DNA of 64,000 nt from contig CM022670.1 in assembly GCA_012295275.1 (NCBI GenBank), positions 23,684,001 to 23,748,000 of the forward strand. The letters are read 5' to 3'. Origin of the DNA: Chrysomallon squamiferum (Eukaryota > Animalia > Mollusca). This document shows, one piece after another, positions 42,920 to 56,552 of this stretch. Both the position numbers and the translations under genes were made by a program. Under the pieces are notes generated by a model, which saw nothing but the letters and a program-made list of their open reading frames with translations, did not search any database and had not been told where the DNA came from. Every line of letters starts with the position of its first letter. Position 1 is the stretch's first letter.

Positions 42920-43664
42920 CAGTGGTACCTTGACTTACGAGTTTAATTCGTTCAGAGACCGAGCTCGTATATCAATTGAATTTTCCCAAATGAAATTAAC
43001 TGAAATACCATTAATTCGTTTTAGCCCCAAAACCATCCCAATGTTTTGGAACGTGTTTTTAAATAAGATAAATGGATGTATACATGACAAATATTGTATA
43101 AAAAAACAACAAAAAAGAGAACATAAAGAAATAAACTGGTTTTGTAAAGTGTACAGGGTTAGGGTTTCTCCATCTTTTCATGGACAGAGGTCCACAGCTT
43201 AGAAATTATTTTAACGCCGTTGGCTGGAGTTACAGCCTTTATCGACTCCTGCTTCAGTGTGGTACATATAGTAAAACTACTAGGCTCGTACTGCCTAGCC
43301 CTGTTGACTACACACACACACACACACACCTCGCTCATGTTTTTCTGATTTCATGCTTTAATTCAATGAACATCATGCCATTCTTCTCAGCACTGTCCTT
43401 TGCACTTTCTAAGGATCCATGGAAATTTGGCAAAATGCTTCACAAATCGCGAGCATAACACAACAGATGTTTCCATGGCGAGGTAACCACGTGAAGCGAA
43501 CGAGTGAGACGCGAGATGCTGGGTGGATGTTGTGTTGTTTGTTGCGGCAACTAGCTCGTAACTCGGATCTTGGCTCGCAACACAAAGCAAAAACTCGACA
43601 TGGCGGCTGCTCGTAACTCGGAAAATTCGTAAGTTTGGAGCACTCGTAACTCGAGGTACCACTA
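42920..43664. mobile_element. Non-autonomous Tc1/mariner-pogo (Tigger-like) MITE, ~745 bp
   Basis: Left TIR CAGTGGTACCTTGACTTACGAG; right TIR CTCGTAACTCGAGGTACCACTA (3 mismatches in 22). TA on both flanks (42918-42919, 43665-43666). Subterminal repeats of CTCGTAACTCG. No transposase ORF. Confidence 0.88.
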
Positions 43665-44149
43665 TATTATAAATTATTTAATCTATATATCTATCTGTCT
43701 AGCCACCCACAGAGACACAGACATATACATATACACTAGTTACAAATGGAATGTTATCTTCATCTGAACTTCCTGCTCTACAACCTGACATAACCTCTGA
43801 ATGTTTATGTTTACCGTTTGAAGACTACCGACTTAGGCAGCCACCAGATCCCTCTTGTTACGGCCACGTAAATTCATAGGTTTCTTTTGTTTAACATACA
43901 GTTCAAATTTGGAACTACCCTTATTGTTCATGATTATTTTCAGTGTGACCAGTACGATTTTCACATTTATATCAAGCATATCTTCTATTTGACTGCAGTT
44001 ATACATAGAGCATTTAAAAAAAAAAAAAAAAAAAAAAAACACTTTTACCCTAATATTTAAATCTGTTTAACTCGTTTTACCCAAATGTTCAAGGTATGAT
44101 CATATAATTATAATTATTTAATAATGAAAAAACTCTAATTATTAATGAA

Positions 44150-44585
44150 GAAGTCAAATCTATCTCCTAACAGACCACTCCCGCGCAAACTATTTATCCC
44201 ACGTCTTGTGATTCAGAACATATAATAAAAGAAAACAGAAAGACACACCCGAACTTCAACGTGGTGGACTGAATAAAGAAACATTATCACACGTATTTGA
44301 TTTGTCAACCCGCAAGCAGTGGAGTGAGCTTTAAAAAAAAAAAAAAATGCTGAGCCGTGTATGTCGGCGAACAAAAGAGTACGTGCACGTGGTTTTATCG
44401 CTTCGCTTGTTTTGTTGAAAAGGGTGACGTTTTGCCTCGTTTTCGCCGTAAGGTATTTTTCAGTCGCTGTAAACACGACCAGAAGGAAAAGATTCCAGTT
44501 TATTTAAATCTATGGATGTATGACATAAAACGACTGAAAATGAAAACGTAACCGTATACCTGTTGGAATTAATATTAAGGTGAGT
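44150..44585 (+). promoter_or_regulatory. Candidate promoter / non-coding first exon of the 368-aa gene
   Basis: CpG-rich patch with CACGTG (~44386) and TGACGT (~44425), ending in a consensus donor AAG|GTGAGT at 44580. The link to the acceptor at 49688 is inferred. Confidence 0.35.
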
Positions 44586-44647
44586 TTTGATTATTGTTAG
44601 TATTGTTTTAAACTGATGTCAGATAAAAATAAAAATACTAATAAATA

Positions 44648-44682
<35 letters not shown>

Positions 44683-44731
44683 CTATATAACATTAGTTTT
44701 GTAGTTATTTGGGGCGTTGACGATTTTTTTA

Positions 44732-44762
<31 letters not shown>

Positions 44763-45585
44763 ATTATTTATTTTATTATTATTTATTATATTCACGGCAG
44801 CTGTATAATTCTCTCATCACATTCTCACCACCAGCTAACGTCATGGTTTGGCTGAACAATTACAGATGTTCTTATAAAAACGTATTTAAAATTTATACTA
44901 TATCTATATGCCTTACAGTAAACTTTGTTGAATTATTTTATTGAATGCTTTGGATTTATTATTGTTTGTTTGGTGTGGTTTCTTTTCTTTTATATTTACG
45001 TTTAACTGAAGGTCAGTTTATAGATATGTAAATCGATTTATACAGGTTTAAACTTGTCACTTTCTTTTCCCGTATTTCATAAACAGAACAGTCATAATAG
45101 AAATAGATAGGAAACAAGTTTTATTTTAACTGTGTTTCTCCAAGAGTAAAACTGTGTTAAATGTTTAACGAGAGAGGATAAGAGTATAGACATCTTGAAT
45201 CTGTACAATCAAGTGACTCAAGTGCTGACCTGCTGCTACACGAGTCCTATAAAATGTCATTCTAAAATCTAGTGACAGCTAGACACGACACAGACAAAAG
45301 TTCTGTGTGTTGATTTTGAAAGGTGATATTCATTTTTCTTTATTCAGTGGGTGTTACCTAAAGCCAAATTGCTGAATGTACCTACGTCATCATCATCATA
45401 TTATTATTACTGGGAGGGGGGGAACTCAGTAGAATTCGTCTGCATCCACGATTACAGGTATGAAATAGAAACAGACATCCATCCTGCTGCATTCTTTAAT
45501 TGGCAGTATGCATGAACACTTCACCTACCACGGATTACCGACAGGGGCCGTCTCAGAAATAAGGAAACAAAAACTACTGGTCCAT

Positions 45586-45623
45586 TAGACTACAGCTAGA
45601 CTACAGCTAGACTACAGCTAGAC
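45586..45623 (+). repeat. Perfect 11-bp tandem repeat (TAGACTACAGC), ~3.4 copies
   Basis: Direct reading of the sequence. Confidence 0.9.
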
Positions 45624-46875
45624 ATTATAGGGCCCGTCATTTAGCAAGAGACTGGCTTATGTAAAACTTCACAATGTAGCATTGTGTTAAAACATGAATA
45701 TTTATACAACATCAAAATATTAGTATATAAACATGATGCATTATAATTGTAAAATACTTTTTTTCTCTGACATACATAAATTATTTATATTTATAATAGT
45801 ACCGGATAAGATATATAATTTTGTTTAAGTGTAAAATAAGTAGCTTAATTAAATAAAATTAATGTTCTATTATACATTATATATAAACCTGAATATTTAC
45901 ATAATATAGAAATTATTTCGTTGAATGTAAATTGACAAAATTTTAACATTGGTGACATTAATTCACTAAACATTTGACACAAACCCTGCTATTTTAAGCC
46001 ACAGTATAAACATGCGTAAAAAACAGACATGAAAGGGCTCTGCTAGCCATCTTTCCTGTTATTAAATTTCAAAAAGAAGACTTCCTGCTACGACCCCATT
46101 TTCTTGTGTGCGTTTAAACGCTTTTTTATTTTTCTGGCAACGAATCTAACTTATAAATAAGAGTACATATTATAGACGTAATTCTCCTTCTTTAAAGGTC
46201 GTTAATAATAATATTTATTTTTGTACAAATTTTATTCGGAGTGCTTGTCGATATTCGATATTTATCATTGTCCGTTCCACTTGGTTGATATCTTTAGTCA
46301 GTCGCAAGTTTAGCCTTTGTGAAGTAGGACATTTTCGCCTCGAACCATAAATATATTCTATCTGCAATAATGTTATTATTAAACTGAAGTAATTGAAATA
46401 AAACTTGTCCAGAGATGATATATAGATGATGAAATATCTGCACAATTAAATTTAATTGCAATTATATAATTAAACATTTTCAGAATTTTTCTACAATTTT
46501 ACAACAAGTGCGTATATAATCCGTACATTTGTGTGTCTGGGTATGTGTTCGCGAAAAGACGTTTATGTAAACTGTTCAGGTTGTTGTTGTGGGTGAAGGG
46601 GAAAGAGCATTGGCGAGGATGGAAATAATAGTCATGTCCGAGAGTTTCAAATTAAAGAGCTTTAATAATAGGTAACCATTGATAACAGAAATATTAAAAT
46701 ACAACAAAATTAAATATAATAAGAAAAACCACAACAGAAAAACCTCCTAGAAACAACGTTGTTAACACTGGTGTTTCAAAAAAAGACAAGCTGACCCAAG
46801 TTAATTGCAGTAGATTTAAAGACTCTGCAAGTTAGAAATCAGGACAAACCAAAAATAAAACAAAATAGAACTCTG

Positions 46876-46909
<34 letters not shown>

Positions 46910-49120
46910 GTTAAAAAGAAAAGTTATAAACAAATATGAACAACAAAAATATGGCCAAACAGAAAATATTGATATATAGTTCTTTATAATTAGAACTGAC
47001 GAGAAGTCAAATACAAGTATTTTAATATTAGCATCAACTGTCAAAGTTCATTAGTCACGGCTTACGGTAGAAGTTGTTCATGAGTAAAACTGCTACATAT
47101 TCTATATCCATATTATCACATGATATCGTAATGATGTATTTAACCTATATTTACCTAAGGTATCTTTCTTTTCTTTTTTTGTCACACTTTTGAGACGTTT
47201 TTTTTTAAATATTTTTTATATTCAGTTTACATTGAATAAACCATAAATAATGATGACTTTGAAAGTAAAGAAAGAAGAAAAGAAATGAAATAAAATTATT
47301 TCAGTGATTATTCTTTGTCGAATATTTTGTGTGAGATATATTGTTCTTGTTCGTTATGCAGGTAAATGCCATAGGGTCACAACATTAGTTTTGATTGTAA
47401 TATCTTCAACATCTTAGTCACTACGAACGCTCCAGGGATTGTTTGATTTTTATCTCGTGCTAAAGCCTTTCGTTCACCTTTCAAGAGTAATAATGGCGAC
47501 AAAGGATTAAAAAACACTTGAAAACATTTAGCTGAAATTTTTACATAATCTGTCTGTCTGTTTCTCTCTTGTCATCTCTCTCCAGTCAAATGTTGTCAGT
47601 TTCTTATTTTTGCTGATCTAATTATTAACACATGACATAAAATGCACACATACACAATGTATGTATACGTAAAAGAGTAAAGCCTGCATTTTGTGTTGAA
47701 ATCACAGCACGATAAGATTACAAAAGAATTTTATTAATATTATTTATTTTATTTTTTTTATAGAGGGCACTGATAACAATGTAGGGCGTATCTGGTTTGC
47801 GTTGACTGAATATTCATTTTATTTATAGAAAATGTCAGAGATATACTTAAAATATCACAGTTTAATATAAAAACATAAAGTAAGTCACCAAAATTAACAC
47901 AACGTTGACAATCACAAGAAAGGCTTGTAGCAACGTCACATTTCGTTTGTGACCTGTTTGTTTTCTGTAATGGAGAGTTTTCCGCTTTTTTTTTTTTTTT
48001 TAAGTTTTATTTTATTTTATTTTTTTTATTATTTTTTAAAATTTGATTATTATTATTTTTTTTTTTTTTTTATTTCGTGTCATTTTGGCCACTTTACATT
48101 TATTCATTTTATTAATTTTTTTATTTTACGTCAAAGCCAAAGAATTTACGGTTTTCTCTATATAGTTTTCACTCCACCTCTAACGTTTCGGTTAGATAAT
48201 AAAGTAAACTGAATGTAGTGAATGTGGCTGTATAAATGCAGATGTGTCTGTCTTAGACTTACGCGAGTTCTTCTGTTTTTATTTTATTTTATTTTATTTT
48301 TATTTATTTAAAAAAATATTTTTTGTGTTTTGGTTGAGTGGTTGGGAGTGACCTATTCAATCACACCCAAGCTGTGAGATGTAACGCTTCGATCGAAATT
48401 AAGAGTAGATTTATAGAAAAGATGCATAGCATGGACGATCCAGCTGAAAATTGAGAAAACATCATCACCGGATTACAAGATGAAATTACATTTAAAGAAA
48501 GATAAAAATAGTTCATTCGTTTTTCAAAATACAAGGCGTGTGCATGTGTTTTCAATATATATATATATTATTTTTGTTCTGCATAATAATAGAAAATAAT
48601 TTTTGTTCAGATAATCATAAAAGCATTTCATTTTCATTATGTGTATTTTAATACAAATGGACGATTTAAAAACACATCACAACTTGTATTCTGTATGAAA
48701 ATACAAGTTTCTGCAACGAATAAAATTCTTTTGTGACAGTCTGTTGCAGAAAAGCTCCACAGATAGTTGATAAAATATTACAGTTTTCACTTTCACTGCG
48801 TTTCCGAGTTTTCACTTCTCATGTTTTAGCTTTTACAACCAGAAGCTTATACGTACTGTAGTAAAACGATTTCTCAGCAGATTACAGCCTGGGCCTGTTT
48901 TGTTTATAGCCTTTGGTGATGAGATAAAACAACGTTGAAAATACCTGTCTGTCATTTACTGGACACTGTCTCCATTATCGCGGGTAGATCTATGAATTAT
49001 TCATTAGCATTATGAATCCAGTTAGTGACACTGGTTTCCTTTTAACGATAATCGATGGATTTGTTGGCAGTTCCAATCAGAATGCACTATGACATTGTCT
49101 GAAAACCAAATATTATATTC

Positions 49121-49156
<36 letters not shown>

Positions 49157-49462
49157 AAAAAAAACAAAAAACCACTGGAGAACCTGAAAACAAACTATTT
49201 GATTGTTTTATCAAATTCATAGGTCTGTTTGTTTAGTGTCATTATCTACATAACAAATGACTACAAATGTGTCTGCGGTTTTCTGTGTCAGTAACTGATT
49301 GATATTCATTTATGTGAATAATTTCCCCTGCTTTTACTAACAGAACTGAACTGACTTCAGAAGAAGATACAGAATTGTTTTGTTATTGACGGCTTCTTGC
49401 CCTATATATTATTATTGTTGTCCTTATTATCGTGAAGGTCATTTTTATTAATCTTAATTTGT

Positions 49463-49495
<33 letters not shown>

Positions 49496-49732
49496 CAAAT
49501 TTATTTCTGTATTTTGAATTAACGTATTATTTAATTCTCTTAAAATATTCAAATAATAATAGTAGCAGGAGCAAATTAGCAGCAGCAGTAGTAATAACAT
49601 CCAAATTTCCAAATCATAAATTTTGTAAATCGTTTTGTTTTCAATCTCGAGTAACCTGTTGATGTTTTTATTATTTTGTCTTTTTCAGGAATGTTATCAG
49701 GGACACAATAAGAAAATCAAAATTTGTTCAAA

Positions 49733-50839
49733 ATGGCGGCTAGAAGAGGACCACATATAAAAGATATATTTGTTCAGAACAGTACACCAGCCAGTAACTT
49801 CGTTACTTCAGCATACCCATCAAATGGATTTCAGCTTGAAAAGAAATCGGACGATTCAAAACAGAAGTACAAATCTAGTAAGAAGACTGCAGCTCCACCA
49901 CGTCCTTCGTTTGGTGATTACAAGCCTAAAATACTTCAGGTTGACAGCATCGTAAACATTCCCATTGCTGAAAATAAGTCACCTTCGACAGCACCTAAGA
50001 AGCCTCCAGAAGCACTCGTTGCCAAACCTTTAGTTATTGGAGACAAGGATGTTCCTATTGTGATACAGCCTATCGAAGCAGAAGACGACCACTTGTACAT
50101 GGAAATTCCAGAAGAAAATTCATTCAGAAACTCGCAGTCAAATAGTCATGAGGAGGATCACACGACAACCAATCCTCTGTTTGTTAACAGCGAAAAGTCT
50201 GCCGAGGGTCACAGACAGTCTGCTAGCAATAAACAGAACCATTTGAAAGACCAGAGCAATTCTGAACAAATAAACGGTGTGACGATTCCTGATCCAGATT
50301 ACGAAGAAGACGAAGCTGTTATGGAATTTGATGGCGAAGGTGAAATGGATGTGAACGATTCTTCCAAAAGCCGCCCTAAATCTGTATATAAAGATTTCCA
50401 TGGCGAAGACTTTTCTCATTACCTAGCTGATGAAGTGGATGATGAATCCACTTTCTCCAGACACGTGAAACATAATCGTCTAGGAAACAAAATCGAAGGA
50501 AAACGGTACAAGAAAAGAGACTCAGCACACACTATGTTTGGAGGAACTGTTAAAAATGGGAAGTGTAAATCTGGGTCAGTGCGTTATTACAGTGTAGAGG
50601 ACACGAAACTTGGTCTGGGTGTGGATGGTAAAGCCAAGGCACATACCATCAGGAATGGAGTAAATTACGGATCGTCGTACGAGTCTTTTCTGAACTCACG
50701 TCACGGTACCACCCCTGGGCCTGGAGACGCTGCTAATCGTGAAATTGGCGAAAATGCCAAATACCCAAAAAACGAAAAAGACACAGTGTGGAAAAAACTG
50801 ACTTTGAGATTAAAGCGTAAAATAGTCATGATGCATTAA
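49733..50839 (+). CDS. Uncharacterised 368-aa protein, likely intrinsically disordered, single coding exon
   Basis: 1.1-kb uninterrupted ORF with higher GC than its flanks. Start context aaaATGGcg. Strong splice acceptor tttgtctttttcag ending at 49688, with an in-frame TAA (49709-49711) upstream, so the ATG lies in this exon. S/K/E/D/P-rich; no domain recognised. Confidence 0.8.
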   Translation: MAARRGPHIKDIFVQNSTPASNFVTSAYPSNGFQLEKKSDDSKQKYKSSKKTAAPPRPSFGDYKPKILQVDSIVNIPIAENKSPSTAPKKPPEALVAKPLVIGDKDVPIVIQPIEAEDDHLYMEIPEENSFRNSQSNSHEEDHTTTNPLFVNSEKSAEGHRQSASNKQNHLKDQSNSEQINGVTIPDPDYEEDEAVMEFDGEGEMDVNDSSKSRPKSVYKDFHGEDFSHYLADEVDDESTFSRHVKHNRLGNKIEGKRYKKRDSAHTMFGGTVKNGKCKSGSVRYYSVEDTKLGLGVDGKAKAHTIRNGVNYGSSYESFLNSRHGTTPGPGDAANREIGENAKYPKNEKDTVWKKLTLRLKRKIVMMH

Positions 50840-51749
50840 ATTCGTTTCGGCAAAATTCGTGAACTATTACCGAAACGATCACTCGAAGTATTTCGTTTCG
50901 TTTATATAAAAATTAAAAAAAAAAAAAAAACATTTATATATGTCTGCTGGAACCACCAAAATAGAATACACCAACAACTAATATTGAGAGTGACAGTGTG
51001 AGATGGTGAATGAGAGTGAGTGAGAGTGTGAAATGGTGAATGAGAGTGCTGTGCACTTAGATGATGCGGGGGAGTTACATAGAAACTACGAGAAAAAGTA
51101 GTTTGCCATTCTGGCCAAAATGTTTTAATCATGTACATCATTAGAAAATCTGAAAATGTTGGGCGCTTTTTATGGGTTTTTCTTTTTTTTTTTTTTTTTT
51201 TTTTAGGTGTTTTTTTGAGATATGATGTATTAAAGTTTATTATGATTTACTTTTTTTATTATTATTATTTTTTTTTTTTTAATAAACTAATCCTGAGATA
51301 AAATGATCGAAAGTCTTTGAAGGCCTAATAAACAATGATGCCATATTTCTTGTAATTACTTCATTGCCAATTTTTCGGCCCCTCCAGCATTACGACTAAT
51401 TCAATACGTTTTAATGCAGATTTCTGCTTTTGACGTTAAATGTAAATGAGTGAATTCACTTAGCTGCATATACATGATATAGTAATTACAAAAATATGTC
51501 ATCTTTGTTTATTAAGCCTTCAAAGAAGCGCGATCATTCCATCGCATGACGTACCTAATTACGTGCAAATTGCTGCTGTTGTTTAGCGTAGTTGCAAATA
51601 CGTAATAACACAATTAAAATGCACATCCGGATTAGACAGGATTTGGTTCATAATAAATTAACAAAAGCTGGACGGGACTTTGAAAATGGTGACAGTTTAC
51701 ACACAAATCCGGATAAATCAAAGGCCGGTTTTCACGAAGTTTTTGTGTG

Positions 51750-51815
51750 TACATACATACATACGTACATACATACATACATACATAAGTACGTACGTGT
51801 GTGTATATATGTATG

Positions 51816-51873
<58 letters not shown>
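51750..51873 (+). repeat. Compound (TACA)n/(TA)n microsatellite
   Basis: Direct reading. Confidence 0.9.
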
Positions 51874-51877
<4 letters not shown>

Positions 51878-54800
51878 GATACATATAGATGGCGTGCTCT
51901 AATAAGCACATTAAAATCATAAAATTAAATCTTTGATAACTCTTTACTATTTCTTTCTCACAAACCCGCAGTTATTTTTATAGCTATATGTTCGAAGGGG
52001 AATAACTGCACATCTACTAAGATATTTACAGAGCAGAGTAACTGCAAAAACCTTCCAGTGTTTAATATCAATAGATCTTTAATATAACTAAACTGCTGAG
52101 ATGTGGATATCCAACTTCAAAAAGTTTATTTATTTATTTATTTATTTATTATTATCATCATCATCTTCTTCTTCTTCTTCAGAAAACAATTTTAAATAAT
52201 CATCACATATCTTCTGTTTTTCTGTTAAGTCATATTTTATTTTTTTTAAAGATACTAATACTATAATTCCCAGATCTATATAAAAAAAAAAAAATATTTT
52301 ATTTATTTAACTGTCTGTTAAATGAACAAAGTGCAAACACAATAGCATAGTTTTTGGATTACGTTACATTCGTTATGTACCGGATCATATATTTATTTAT
52401 TTATTTTATTTTATTTTAATTTTTTTTCTTTATTAAATTTATTTATTTATTTATTTTTTATTTATTATTATTTTATTTTATTTTTTTTTTTTTATTTAAA
52501 TATATATTTTTATAGGTTTTTTGACTTTTATTATTTTTTTTTATTTTTTATATGTGACCATTTTAAAATTTTACATTCATCCATTGGCTATTTCTGTTCA
52601 AGTTAATGTTCGCGACTGGTTTATCCATTTCACTATTAATGGTAAGTATGCAAACGAAAACGCCCCAGATTCATGGCAACTTGATTTCTCTTAGAATAAT
52701 AATATATGTGAGATAAAATCAAGTAAATATCCATTCGTTTCGTTAGGCATACTTTCAAATTTAGCGTTATACTATAGATTTAAAAAAAAAAAAAAAAAAA
52801 AAAAGTTATAAGACGCAGAGCAAATATTTGAACGTATGAAACTCACTGGTTCAAGGTCTGAGGGATTACGTTTTCTGAAATTTTACAAATAAAAATGTGC
52901 AGATGTGTATGTGATTTTTTTCTTCTTCTTTTTTTCTCAGCAGAAGACACACAGCACAAATGATACAACATACGAATATTGCTTTTTTCTTGTTTTGCCT
53001 TTATTAGCGAGAGCAGGGATGGATGTTACTTCATGGATTGAGGTTTTCAAAACAGACTCCTTTTAGTTGGCTTTTTATATAATAATCAGTACTATATACT
53101 GCACGTTCGATTGGGAAAGCGGAACTGGCTTAAAAAACTTGGTAAGATTAATTTTTAACGTGATTTCTAAATCAAAATCCTGTTGTAACGACTTTTTGTT
53201 CGTATTTTGTTCCACTGAACATTCGCATTCATTTACAGCAATATGAATGAAATTCAACGCCATTTAAAGGTCGATAACTCTGCGAAGCGTATGATAATGA
53301 AAGTGTTTCTTCGGATGCAGATTATGGATATTATGCTGTTGGTACTGCGTTTTATGGGCGATATGGTGTCGGGTAGGCGTTTTTCGACAGAACGATTTGG
53401 TTTCTTCGGAAAGGGAAATGTATCCGGTGCCATCAATTAACGTATTAATGAGGAGAGATGAAGGCAATTTCCAAACGCTTCAAACGGATTTCGATAACGT
53501 TCGAAGCTATCAGTACCAATTCTGTGAAAAAAATAAATTGAACCAAAGAAAGATGTCGATTTCATAGCCCGCCATCAATAGTAATGTCTTGGAGATTGTG
53601 GTATCGGGCCGGATCTAAATTAACTTGTTAACAGGAAGCTGATCTTGACCGGTTTCACTGATCTTTGAAATAAGTGCGATTTACGATATATTATTTCGTT
53701 TTCTTATGTAGAAAGTCTTGACATTTTGTATCATTATGCATTGAGAGCCAAGTAGTTAGAACTGATATTAATTGTACATAACAGAATGAGATGACAACAA
53801 TAACTTTGTAACCGCCGATAAAATTTGAATCCGAAATCATTCCCCTCTCTGAAGTGTAAAACGGATCCATAAAGAGTAATTCCACTTTGTATAGATTCTA
53901 CATCTATTATCTCTTGTAACTGGTCTCTGTTTCCAAGAAATCAAATTCTGAGTGTGAAGATGTTAAAACGTAACACAACATTTGACATAAACTTCTTATA
54001 ATAGTGCGGTTGACTCTACCATCTATTTTAGAGAATCGCAAAATTCTTAGACTAATAAGAATACGTATAGTATAACCTTTTAAGAAAATGAATACAGTTA
54101 CACTGGAAAATATATTTGATAAATATATGAAACAAGAAAAATACGAAATCATACGAAATCTAGTGAAACTTAATAATATAAATACTGAAGGATGTTTTTT
54201 TTTTTTTTTTTTTTTTTTACCTTTACCTCAGGTAAACAGTACATTTTCGGGTCAGTCTTTATATGAAAAAATATATTACTGAAAAATTTAATAAAAAAAT
54301 AAATAAAACCAAAATATCTAATCTGAAAGAAATCAATAAGCACGAGCTGTTCTTGTCCAGATAACGTTAAAACAATATGCATCCGCCCTACGTATTCCCG
54401 CCCTCCCCTCAAAGCACGTGCAGAAGCAAAAAACAAATTTCAAAAATCAAATAGACATTACTAGAACAAATATCATGACATTTAAGCAGGAATCCGCAGA
54501 CTGATTTGATAATATTGTTAATACGGAATTGATGCATCTCATATACTGTGCCGTTATTAGTCTGCAAACAGATTTAAAATATATGTACAAATAAAGCAAA
54601 TCAAATAAGATTTTTCATTTTTCATTTTCTTACTTTCTTATTGTTATTAATTTGCATTTCCCGAGGTGCGACTACCTCTGTAAGTTTGAGATGCAGATTA
54701 AACATTGTACAAGATCAAAGTTAAGAATAACCTGTAGAAGTCAGTTGTGGAAACTGAAATCAGACCGACTGTTGTGTGTTACGTGCAAACGTTAACATGA

Positions 54801-55139
54801 ACGACACGTCTTCTGTTGTTGTCTAATTAAGAAGATGGTTACTCGAGTAATGATGTCTGGCATATTACACGAGCTATTCGGATTCCAGTTTGGGTTCATC
54901 CATTACTTGCGTGAAAAATGGATTCTGTAGATCTGATTATCAATTTTTCAACAACAACAAAAATTACTTGTACTTGAAAAAAATCGCTCGTTGTTTTTTT
55001 TGTTGTTGTTGTATTATTTTCTGGCAGCTTCTGCTAAATATGAATTTGCGCTCTTTAAAAGCACGTTAATTTACTCGAAAACTAGTTGATATATCTGTAT
55101 GGACTGTGTGAAGACAGTTTGAATAAAATAGAAATAAAG

Positions 55140-55274
<135 letters not shown>

Positions 55275-55365
55275 CCTAGTATTACAATGATCGACCATTC
55301 TTCAAAATTAAAATAATAAATAAATAAATATTTATCCAGTATATTAAATCGTTTCGAGACACTAC

Positions 55366-55660
55366 GTGGACCAGAGTTTAAACATTCCAGTCATGATCGA
55401 ACAAAATGCCACAGTCATACCCAAAACAACCACCAAGAAAGAAAAGTCGAGGATTTCATCACCCTCACGAGTCTTGATGAAGAAACTACAAGAAAAGATA
55501 GAACGTGGTGACCATAAGCGAATAAAGAAAACAGAAATATTCAAGTTCATCAAAAAGAGAACAAATGATGACAATGAAGTGCAATACTAAGAGAGCCTAG
55601 AGACATGATTATAGCATCAAAGAACCCTAGGAAAGTTAGAAGAAACCGGACCCTACGCCA
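55366..55660 (+). mobile_element. RTE-clade LINE internal fragment (between endonuclease and RT)
   Basis: KEKSRISSPSRVLMKKLQEKIERGDHKRIKKTEIFKFIKKRTNDD.. resembles the RTE pattern KLSxxTxxLMKKRxEM...RIEYxExCKxIxKxxREDIRKYN. Disrupted by stops. Confidence 0.6.
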
Positions 55661-56080
55661 TGACAGAATAATTACTAAGGGGTGCGAAACTCGAACCAAA
55701 TGAAACGAATTGAAAAGAAAAATGCTTTCGAATTCGTTTCAAAATTTCGAATTTTTTCTTGATGTTCGCTGTCGTAATGTTTTTTTTTTTTTTTGGGAGG
55801 GGAGTTCCACACAAATTTTGTTATCTCATCAGCATCAGCCAATCAGCGATCAGTATCGGTCAGTGTAACATTGTTTACATTTGTCTCAGACCATGGCATT
55901 TTCGCGCCACATAAAGTTTATGCAACCATGTGTAGCGAAGCTGTTAGACTTTAACACATCGTATTTGAACATAATTAACTAGTAAATATTTTCCGGGGAG
56001 GGGCTCATACAGGGGCAGGTTATGAGGGTTTTCCCAATTGTACGGAAACCCATGACCCGGCTAAAACTAAAACAAACAAA

Positions 56081-56081
<1 letters not shown>

Positions 56082-56119
<38 letters not shown>

Positions 56120-56167
56120 AATAAATAAATAAATAAATAAACAAAAACATAAATAATAATAATAATG

Positions 56168-56211
<44 letters not shown>

Positions 56212-56243
56212 TAATAATTAAAAAATAATAATAATAAATAAAA
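56082..56243 (+). repeat. poly(A)/(AAAT)n/(AAT)n low-complexity tract
   Basis: Direct reading. Confidence 0.9.
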
Positions 56244-56452
56244 ATGTTCCACATGTACGAAACCTCATTTGTGCAGAACGACTGAAAAAAATACGAAATC
56301 AGTGAAGTGAAACATAATTAAAGATGGAATCGGTCACGGGAGAGTACAGATAATTATGTTAACATAAGTTTTAAGTAGAGTTATTTATTAAACGAATAAC
56401 CATTAATGACGCAGGTTACACTGAATAGTTACCGCACCAAAAGAAGCGAGAA

Positions 56453-56552
<100 letters not shown>

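Noticed and set aside
43550-43660. Recurrent CTCGTAACTCG units that superficially resemble a CRISPR array
   Set aside because: Short, irregularly spaced, and part of the MITE's subterminal/TIR structure; no cas genes.
42765-43662. ORFs of 65-145 aa inside and around the MITE as a possible transposase
   Set aside because: No DDE/DDD or HTH motifs; the element is too short to be autonomous.
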